Shown here: piece after piece, positions 17,822-24,585 of the stretch
Layout: each line of letters opens with the position of its first letter
Position numbering within the stretch: the first letter of the stretch is position 1
Source of the DNA: a virus
Strand: one strand, 5' to 3'
DNA length: 53,360 bases
IMG/VR virus record: IMGVR_UViG_3300045988_161096
Notes under the pieces: generated by a model
Database searches by the model: none
Told to the model about the DNA's origin: nothing
What the model saw: the letters and a program-made list of their open reading frames with translations, nothing else
Program-made: the position numbers and the translations under genes

Positions 17822-18958
17822 ATGGCAACAATGAAATTCGCCCAGATGGCAACAAAGAAGTTACAGAAGTTAGTTAACGACCCAGCAACCTCTGATGAGG
17901 ACAAGGTAGCAATTCAGGCTATTCTTGATAAGCGACAGGCAGCTGCTCAGGCTCCAGCAGATAATGGAGCAGCACTTTCTCCAGAGGAGCAGGCAGCTAT
18001 CGATGCAGCAGAGAAGGAAGCCGCTAAGCAGAATTCTGAAGCTGGTGAGAACAAGGAAGCAAAGCCTAAGGCTAAGCGTGAGGCAAAGCCAAAGCAGAGC
18101 ATGGAGGAACTTGACGCTGAGGTTGCAAAGGCAAATGAGGAGGCTCTCGGTCATCGTTGTGAGACACTCATGCCTGGTACTGCTATTAAGGTTGGTGGTT
18201 ACGTTAAGGGAGTTCTTAAGGAGAAGCGAGCTATGCGCTGCTATCTTCTCATCCAGTCCGATGTTACAGATGAGAACCCTACAGGTCGCCAGTTCTACAA
18301 GGTGTTCAAAGAGGTTACAATCTTGCCGGAGACTGTAGAGCTTCACAAGGCTAAGAAGACAGGCGCTCGTCGTAAGGCTCAGGTTGATACTGAAGAGTGG
18401 ATGGCACAGGCCGATGAGATTGTAGAGGCTGCTGGTTCTTATGTAGGTCGCCAGATTGACCTTGGCGACGATACTAAGACAGATTCTCGAATTGAGACCA
18501 TTATCAAGGACAAGCGCTCTTGCACAGTGTTCTTCCGCATTGGCTTCAAGGATGAGAATGGTGCTCACAAGTTCACTCACAAGGCAATCCATTCAACCAA
18601 GGATGAGGCTGAAGGTGGTAAGGTAGTTATCACAGAGCCAGAGGGCTTGCTCCCATTGGATGATGCTGATGAGACTTACAAGGAGTTCCAGACCAAGTGG
18701 CAGACACGTGCTGAGCGTCAGCCAAGAACTGCTCTCACTCCTGAAGAGAAGGTTATCCGCGCAGAAGAGGCTCTTAACAAGGCAAAGAAAGCCTTGGAAA
18801 AAGCTAAGGAAGCACTTCAGAACAAGCAGCTCGAGTATGACAACGCTAAGGCTGCTCTCGATGCTAAGCATGATGAGCAGGAAGCCAATGCAGAAGCTGA
18901 GGCTAAAGAGGCAGTAGACGCTGCAGCTGCTGAAGCAGAGTCAGGTGACCTTATGTAA
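17822..18958 (+). CDS. Ala/Glu/Lys-rich protein of unknown function; monocistronic, probably abundant
   Basis: 378 aa with low-complexity A/E/K termini and a globular middle. It has its own promoter and a strong terminator. Codon choice is visibly GC-richer than in neighbouring genes. Confidence 0.7.
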   Translation: MATMKFAQMATKKLQKLVNDPATSDEDKVAIQAILDKRQAAAQAPADNGAALSPEEQAAIDAAEKEAAKQNSEAGENKEAKPKAKREAKPKQSMEELDAEVAKANEEALGHRCETLMPGTAIKVGGYVKGVLKEKRAMRCYLLIQSDVTDENPTGRQFYKVFKEVTILPETVELHKAKKTGARRKAQVDTEEWMAQADEIVEAAGSYVGRQIDLGDDTKTDSRIETIIKDKRSCTVFFRIGFKDENGAHKFTHKAIHSTKDEAEGGKVVITEPEGLLPLDDADETYKEFQTKWQTRAERQPRTALTPEEKVIRAEEALNKAKKALEKAKEALQNKQLEYDNAKAALDAKHDEQEANAEAEAKEAVDAAAAEAESGDLM

Positions 18959-19016
18959 AACAATTAGTTGATTGTTTTCTTCTCATAAATGTTTTTAAGT
19001 ATACTGTTTGAAATTG

Positions 19017-19060
19017 AACTCCTAGGAAGCGACTAATGGACTGTGGTCCTAGGAGTTTTT
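19017..19060 (+). terminator. intrinsic terminator
   Basis: 11-bp perfect stem AACTCCTAGGA / TCCTAGGAGTT with a 19-nt loop, running into T5 (19056-19060). Confidence 0.7.
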
Positions 19061-19064
19061 AAAT

Positions 19065-19133
19065 GCCAAGTAAAACAAATATCTGCTGTTCTGTTTAAAG
19101 GATTTATGCAGGGTTCGATTCCCCGCCTTGGCA
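19065..19133 (+). ncRNA. tRNA-like element with a non-canonical core
   Basis: T-loop GGGTTCGATTCCCC (19111-19124). Acceptor-like 6-7 bp GCCAAG / CTTGGC. The core has an AAACA / TGTTT stem with a 14-nt loop and a TAAA-GGA-TTTA hairpin. I found no 5-bp/7-nt anticodon arm by exhaustive hand scan. Confidence 0.35.
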
Positions 19134-19196
19134 CTATTGGTTCTAACTACGGTGAGAACCCATAATTTTAATAGAATTTTAATTGTTTTTAGGCGG

Positions 19197-19234
19197 ATAG
19201 GTAATCGTTGTGAAACGGTTACCTATTATTTTTT
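19197..19234 (+). terminator. intrinsic terminator
   Basis: 13-bp stem ATAGGTAATCGTT / AACGGTTACCTAT (one G-T pair) with a GTGA loop, followed by TATTTTTT. Confidence 0.75.
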
Positions 19235-19608
19235 ACAGTAACATATAGAAACGGCTCGCTGGTGGCAAATTTTAAAATTTTCAGATATTTATATATAAAT
19301 AATATATTAAATTATATAGAATATTTGATCCACACCGCATTATTTTTATTAATTAATATAATTATAAGGCTTAATATAAAATATTGAATTCTAGGTACCA
19401 GGAAATGGTTTTAGCTAGAAAGCTGACATCTGGATATAGAAACCGGCAAGTTAAGCCTACAAACTTTAACATTTCATTTAACTACTGTTAACATAAAAAA
19501 TTCTTGTGTGAACTGTGATAACTATCTTACCTGTCCATTGGCAGTTGACGGTTCTAAAGGTAGTTGGGTGTGTGATAGTTGGTGGAGAATGGTGTGATAA
19601 AACCTCAA

Positions 19609-19665
19609 TTCCTATCCAGTGTTCTCTCGCTGGCCATTTCTAAGATTTGGCCAGCGGGAATTTTT
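19609..19665 (+). repeat. copy B of the GTGTTCTCT hairpin family (terminator-like, but no upstream ORF)
   Basis: TTCCTATCCAGTGTTCTCTC, then the 8-bp stem GCTGGCCA / TGGCCAGC, then GGGAATTTTT. Confidence 0.7.
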
Positions 19666-20032
19666 ATGAACTTTTACAGAATTTCAGCACACCGGGAGTA
19701 CGATTCGGGTACATTCCTGTTAATAATAGTGGAACGCTACAATATCGCTGTGCATTCATTACAGCTTCTCAGCTATACTGTTACAGTGCCGGGAACCATA
19801 TTTGCTGCGTACTCACCGGGTCTAATAGCCTATATATTATATATAATAATGTACGCGCATATAATAAAAATATTCGAAATAATAAAATATTTAATATTAA
19901 AAATTATTAATTTAAAAGTTAAATATTTTAATAATTATATTTTATAATAAAATCGGGAAATAATATATTAATTTATTATTATTTTTAATCATATAATAAT
20001 AGATTTATTTATTTAAAAATAAAATATGAATT

Positions 20033-20086
20033 AAAGTCAAAAAATTTTTTTATTTCAAATATTATTATTATCTTTGCGTCAGATAA
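20033..20086 (+). promoter_or_regulatory. promoter: AAAGTCAAAAAATTTTTTT box plus -7 box TATCTTTG (20079-20086)
   Basis: Exact TAnnTTTG 35 nt upstream of ATG 20121. Confidence 0.6.
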
Positions 20087-20120
20087 TTAAAATAATAAGA
20101 ACAATTAAAATATTAAGATT

Positions 20121-20423
20121 ATGACAGTAAAATTACAGAAATTAAACAAGAATCAGATGGTTAAGTTGCTGGATGCAATTAACCGTGAAGGAGTTGATAA
20201 TCAATTCTGGGCTGTAAGCAGCTATGAAAATAGTTGGAATGCAGCTGAGGTTTTCAGCGGCACAAATCAAACAGAATTTGAGCCGGGAGATTATATTACA
20301 GTAATGTACGATGAAGAAAACCAGTTTCCTACATTTGATGAGAATCTCAGCATTGTTACTAGTTTTCCACACTATGATTACTGGATTGAGGAGGGTTTAA
20401 GAGTGTTAATTTTCAAGATTTAA
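20121..20423 (+). CDS. hypothetical protein
   Basis: 100-aa ATG ORF with the conserved leader AACAATTAAAAT. Confidence 0.6.
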   Translation: MTVKLQKLNKNQMVKLLDAINREGVDNQFWAVSSYENSWNAAEVFSGTNQTEFEPGDYITVMYDEENQFPTFDENLSIVTSFPHYDYWIEEGLRVLIFKI

Positions 20424-20446
20424 AACAGTTAAAATATATTAAGATT

Positions 20447-21193
20447 ATGATGGTAAGAAGCGATGAATCAGTATTAGAGCTGAATATAGCCGAGTTTTTG
20501 GCAGAGTATTTCACTGGTTCTACCAGTGCAAAGGACCAGTTCTCATACGGTCCATTTTGGGATGCTGTAGTTGCGGATAACTATAACGGTGAAAGAATTA
20601 ATATTTTCACAGGTAATAAACAGAAGCACGATGGCAGTTTCTATTACGAATATGGCTTGCTTAAAGCCGAGGAAGAAATGGAAGCCGAGCATCTAGTTAC
20701 AGAACTGAGGCTTGACGGCATTTATGGCTATAATATTTTCTATGAAAACCCGGATGAAGAGCCGGTATCATTCTACTTCTACACCAGAACTAGAATCGCT
20801 GCATTCATCCAGCACGAGAATGAAGTTATGAACCTTGCAGCTGAAATGTTGGAAATCACCCAGCAGAAACCAATTCTGTGTCTTGAAAGTCACACGCGTT
20901 TATTCCGTAGTGCTCTTGATTCCATACTGCAGGCTTACTCGAATGGTGAATACAGCAATGAAGATTTGCGGAGAGAATACTGTCCAGATGTTACCGAGGT
21001 TTACACGGATTGGATGCGGTACAAGTTCAGATGTTCTAACGAGTATGAAGCTTATATGCTTATGGTTGGAGACGTGGAGGGAAACAACGTTTGTAACGCA
21101 ATCGACGCGGCGTGGACTTGGTTCCATACAGGCTTCGTGAATAACTTCATCAGTAAAGACCCAGAAACTAATTTACTTCACTTAAACTGGTAA
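20447..21193 (+). CDS. hypothetical protein
   Basis: 248-aa ATG ORF with the leader AACAGTTAAAAT. No motif recognised. Confidence 0.6.
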   Translation: MMVRSDESVLELNIAEFLAEYFTGSTSAKDQFSYGPFWDAVVADNYNGERINIFTGNKQKHDGSFYYEYGLLKAEEEMEAEHLVTELRLDGIYGYNIFYENPDEEPVSFYFYTRTRIAAFIQHENEVMNLAAEMLEITQQKPILCLESHTRLFRSALDSILQAYSNGEYSNEDLRREYCPDVTEVYTDWMRYKFRCSNEYEAYMLMVGDVEGNNVCNAIDAAWTWFHTGFVNNFISKDPETNLLHLNW

Positions 21194-21197
21194 TAAT

Positions 21198-21311
21198 ATG
21201 GTTTGTTTTATTTTAATATCTGTAGGTCTGGTGATTTTCACCGGACTTACTCCAGAGGAATGGAAACGGTGGTGGCACAAGAACTATACTTGGGACGACA
21301 CAGAACTGTAA
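21198..21311 (+). CDS. small membrane peptide (37 aa)
   Basis: Hand-translated: MVCFILISVGLVIFTGLTPEEWKRWWHKNYTWDDTEL*. Confidence 0.35.
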   Translation: MVCFILISVGLVIFTGLTPEEWKRWWHKNYTWDDTEL

Positions 21312-21332
21312 TTTGGTAATTTAATATCTCAA

Positions 21333-21388
21333 TTCCTATCTGGTGTTCTCTCGGACCCATTTCCGCAGAATCACTGGGTAGGAATTTT
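21333..21388 (+). terminator. intrinsic terminator; copy C of the GTGTTCTCT hairpin family
   Basis: 13-bp stem TTCCTATCTGGTG / CACTGGGTAGGAA containing three G-U pairs, followed by T4. Lies 22 nt after the stop at 21311. Confidence 0.7.
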
Positions 21389-21574
21389 AGTGAATCTTTG
21401 TAGTTTTACAGTACTGCGCCAGAATCGGACGGAAACAATTCAAGTTTAGTTACGGTTCTATGGCTGCTTTGGAGCCGAACTGTTACGGTGCCGGGATTTT
21501 GGGTAGGTGATAAGCTGAAAAACGGCACGTGAACAGCAATGGAGCCATAAAATGGCTCGGGTTAAAAGCCGGAG

Positions 21575-21626
21575 AAATCCAGTGTTCTCTCGGAGCCATT
21601 TCCTGGAAAATCACGGCTGGGAATTT
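21575..21626 (+). repeat. copy D of the GTGTTCTCT hairpin family
   Basis: AAATCCAGTGTTCTCTCGGAGCCATTTCCTGGAAAATCACGGCTGGGAATTT. No ORF lies upstream. Confidence 0.65.
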
Positions 21627-21687
21627 GCATGAAGCCTTGTAGAATTGCGGCTTTATACCTGATAAGTATCTGACCTATATTTATATA

Positions 21688-21733
21688 TTTTTAGACTAAA
21701 TAAAGTCAAAAAATTTTTTTATTTAAAATATTT
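21688..21733 (+). repeat. 46-bp perfect direct repeat, copy 1 (contains the promoter-type box AAAGTCAAAAAATTTTTTTATTT)
   Basis: TTTTTAGACTAAATAAAGTCAAAAAATTTTTTTATTTAAAATATTT is identical at 21915-21960. Confidence 0.9.
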
Positions 21734-21914
21734 CGCCCGAAGCTCATATTTGGCCTATATGGGCTTTAAATTATAAAATAATATATTTATATATAAAATA
21801 AAAAATAAGGCCTTATAGGCCCATTAAATGGCCTTAAAATCGATTTTTTAATATAATATATAAACTAGATTTTTATATATTATTTATAAAAATTTTTTAC
21901 TTTATTATTAATAA

Positions 21915-21960
21915 TTTTTAGACTAAATAAAGTCAAAAAATTTTTTTATTTAAAATATTT
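21915..21960 (+). repeat. 46-bp perfect direct repeat, copy 2
   Basis: Identical to 21688-21733. Confidence 0.9.
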
Positions 21961-22123
21961 TTATATATGCGTGTACTTATATATTTATATAAAAAATTTT
22001 TTATAATAATTTTTTACTTAGACTATAATTTATAATTAAAATAATATATCGATTTATTATTATTTTTGACTATATAATAATAAATTTTTTTATTTAAAAA
22101 TAAAATATTAATAAAAGTCAAAA

Positions 22124-22157
22124 AATTTTTTTATTTAAAATATTATTATTATCTTTG
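22124..22157 (+). promoter_or_regulatory. promoter: AAAGTCAAAAAATTTTTTT box plus -7 box TATCTTTG (22150-22157)
   Basis: About 130 bp here are paralogous to 19960-20090. The first ATG with the conserved leader is 232 nt downstream (22389). Confidence 0.5.
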
Positions 22158-22388
22158 CACTATAAATAATAAATATATAGCCTATATAATTATATTAGTT
22201 ATAATTAGATTTTTTTATATTATTTATTAATTATTTTTAGAGTTCTTTGACTTATTGGACAACGTTAGCAATAATTAAGGATTATTAGCAACGGTTAAAT
22301 AATATTAATTTTATAATATTTAATTATATTTTAATATTTTTAGTGTTAGTTAAAAAATTATAAAAACAATTAAATTATATTAAAAATT

Positions 22389-22730
22389 ATGAAAAAAATT
22401 AAAATTTCGCGTTCTTTCACTTTTAAGGCTTATAAAGTTGAAGTAGACCAAAAAATATTAAATGATTCTAAAAAATATTTAGAATTCATAAATAATATTA
22501 AAAGTGCAAATATTAGCAAACATTATGGTTCTTTCACTTTTAAAAGCGATTGTGAATATTATGTAGAAAAAAATATTTTAGATATTTTTAATAATATTTC
22601 ACAAGGTCCAAAAAATGCTAATTTTTATTTAATTTATAAAATTTCAACATTAGAGGACTCAAATATTAGTGATTCTTTGCTCATGTCAATTTATTATAAT
22701 ATTGACGAAGAAAAAATAATTTTAGATTAA
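22389..22730 (+). CDS. hypothetical Asn/Lys/Ile/Tyr-rich protein encoded in the AT-rich island
   Basis: 113-aa ATG ORF with the leader AACAATTAAAT. Followed by a palindromic hairpin. Confidence 0.5.
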   Translation: MKKIKISRSFTFKAYKVEVDQKILNDSKKYLEFINNIKSANISKHYGSFTFKSDCEYYVEKNILDIFNNISQGPKNANFYLIYKISTLEDSNISDSLLMSIYYNIDEEKIILD

Positions 22731-22740
22731 TTTAATAAAT

Positions 22741-22766
22741 ACTAGGCTATATTAATATAGCCTAGT
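22741..22766 (+). terminator. palindromic hairpin ACTAGGCTATAT-TA-ATATAGCCTAGT (possible terminator)
   Basis: 12-nt perfect arms, followed only by ATTT, so it would be a weak terminator. Confidence 0.4.
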
Positions 22767-22787
22767 ATTTCTAAAAATATATTAAAT

Positions 22788-23183
22788 ATGGACAATAAAG
22801 ACGAATTTTATTTAAAAATAGTGGTTTTTAGTCATTTTTTCGATTATTTAGCACTTGGGCTAAATTATACTAATGACTATAAATTTAGTGATTATTATAA
22901 ATTATTTGAACTTATTAATAAAGATGAAAATATTAAAAAGTTTAATAATATTATTAATAATTATGATTTATTAGATTTCGTTAACGATATTTATAATAAT
23001 AATATAAATATTAAATTATTTTATGATACGCAAAAATTATTAGTAAATATTAGCGATGGTGAAAAATATTATATTTTTGGCATAGATATTAGGCATAAAA
23101 TATTTAAAAATTATAAAAATATGCAACATTTTGTTAGCGAACTCGAAGATTATATAGATTTTACTTTTAATAATAAAAATTAG
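22788..23183 (+). CDS. hypothetical Asn/Lys/Ile/Tyr-rich protein encoded in the AT-rich island
   Basis: 131-aa ATG ORF. Its stop lies inside the following terminator stem. Confidence 0.5.
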   Translation: MDNKDEFYLKIVVFSHFFDYLALGLNYTNDYKFSDYYKLFELINKDENIKKFNNIINNYDLLDFVNDIYNNNINIKLFYDTQKLLVNISDGEKYYIFGIDIRHKIFKNYKNMQHFVSELEDYIDFTFNNKN

Positions 23184-23210
23184 GCTAATTATTATTAGCC
23201 TAATTTTTTT
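23180..23210 (+). terminator. intrinsic terminator
   Basis: 10-bp stem TTAGGCTAAT / ATTAGCCTAA with a TATT loop, followed by T7. Confidence 0.75.
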
Positions 23211-23972
23211 ATTTAATTATTTTAACGTTTGTTTATTTTAGTTTAATGGTTAAATAATTTAAAAATTTAATTAATTTTAAGCTAAAAATCGGTATTTTTT
23301 TGACACTTATTAGCATTTAATTGCTAAAAAATATTAAATTATTCTAATTTTAGCTAATAGGTTGTTAAATTATTCTAAATTATTCTAAATTTAATTAATT
23401 TTAGGCTAAAAAATTAATAGCCTATTAGGCTAAAAAATATTAATTTTAATAAAAATTAGGCCCCCTTAACAATTATTAGCCTGGCAGCCCCTTATTATTT
23501 AAAGACTTGTCCAAATGCTGAGCCAAAAATTTCTGCTGTACACATCTTATGACTTGTGAATAGGTTGATAGAGATATGCTTCATCAATTCATAAAATACT
23601 GACAAGGAGGGGCCCTTAGGCTCAATTCTATATTGCGCATTTTGTTCAGAAAAATTTTTGCGCAAAATAGGTTCGCTGGACGACACGCTATAGTAGTATA
23701 AATGTATATTGGTATGCGCCTACGCGCGTATATAGAGGGTTCAAAAATATTAAAAACATGCCCAGGGATGAAAGTAGTGTACCTCTGGGCCATTATAATA
23801 TAAAAATAATAAAGATATATAGTTTAATATATAAAAATGGTTCTGAGGCTCATTATTTTAATTCTTACTAGAAATATATAACAACTAATCACGGTTCCGC
23901 CTTTTGCGCTTACAAGTCTATATTATAAGTAGCGATTTTCACGGGATTTAAGACAATTACTACGGAATAATG

Positions 23973-24243
23973 GTTCACCAAAGTAAAAATCTTTTACGGT
24001 TCCTCATAACCTATTGAAAACCAATCACTTATATAAACGTTCCTGGAGGCCGGACCTTTTCTATAACCCTAAACCAATTTTTTAAAATTCACATTATATG
24101 TTTCTGGTAATACATTTTTAAAAAGTTCATTTTCCTTATATAGAGTATAGGGTAACTTGGGTAACTTTTTATATAAGTGTTTGATTTCCAATAATTTAGA
24201 AGTGCCCCGACCTCATTCACCTATAGTTCACCTATGGTTCACG
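23973..24243 (-). repeat. iteron/inverted-repeat module L1; inverted paralogue of 52069-52329
   Basis: On the - strand there are three 11-bp-spaced GTGAAY repeats (24215-24243), GGGTAAC x2, ~32-bp imperfect inverted arms (24008-24040 and 24165-24197) and a distal GGTGAAC (23973-23979). Its reverse complement aligns by eye along the full length of the 52-kb module. Confidence 0.8.
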
Positions 24244-24340
24244 GACTGCCATTTCATCAATATATTTTACAAAATATGTGATTTCCTCAGTAAAATTTAA
24301 CTGAAATGTAATAATTTTTTAATTTTTCAAGTAAAAAGCT

Positions 24341-24363
24341 TTAACACCTACGGTTTCAGTAAT
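24341..24363 (+). repeat. 23-nt perfect direct repeat TTAACACCTACGGTTTCAGTAAT, copy 1
   Basis: Identical at 24459-24481. Both copies are preceded by GTGATTT(C/TT)CTCAGTAAAA. Confidence 0.9.
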
Positions 24364-24458
24364 TAATTCTTTTCACACAAACATTACTAAGAACTGAAGC
24401 ATTAAATTACCACGTTTTTACAAAAGTGATTTTTCTCAGTAAAAATGAGTAAAAAGTT

Positions 24459-24481
24459 TTAACACCTACGGTTTCAGTAAT
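24459..24481 (+). repeat. 23-nt perfect direct repeat, copy 2
   Basis: Identical to 24341-24363. Confidence 0.9.
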
Positions 24482-24539
24482 CAAATGTTAAAAAATATTA
24501 AAATTTATATAAAAATTTCCTAGATTCAATAATTTTTAG

Positions 24540-24547
24540 TATATTTG
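24540..24547 (+). promoter_or_regulatory. -7 promoter box TATATTTG
   Basis: Exact TAnnTTTG 39 nt upstream of ATG 24586, the start of the packaging block. Confidence 0.55.
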
Positions 24548-24585
24548 CAGTGAAAATATAAAGTATTATAAATCAAAGTGAGATT

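Noticed and set aside
17870-18871. Long minus-strand ORFs (240 aa at 17870-18592 and 92 aa at 18593-18871), plus +-strand alternative-frame ORFs inside gene 17822-18958
   Set aside because: They lie entirely antisense to, or out of frame within, a well-supported gene whose GCN/GAG/AAG-rich codon bias suppresses stops in other frames. Their translations are low-complexity Leu/Ser/Cys strings, and they have no promoter or start context.
19579-19947. 122-aa and 87-aa +-strand ORFs in the 19.6-kb intergenic region
   Set aside because: The 122-aa ORF starts at a non-ATG codon. Both ORFs run straight through hairpin copy B, the 18-nt conserved box and the TA-repeat tract, which are shared with non-coding paralogues at 16.4 and 21.3 kb. 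The translations are not conserved between the paralogues.
23584-23793. 69-aa minus-strand ORF overlapping the putative minus-strand promoter region
   Set aside because: It overlaps the ACGCG box, the -7-like box and the hairpin, and it overlaps the other minus-strand ORF in a different frame. It has no independent support. Only the 63-aa ORF (23495-23686) fits the mirrored layout, and even that is weak.
21650-24500. Possible CRISPR array, because of the many short repeats
   Set aside because: The repeats are irregular in length and spacing, extremely AT-rich and partly promoter boxes. There is no series of 28-37-nt identical repeats separated by unique, similar-sized spacers, and there are no cas genes.
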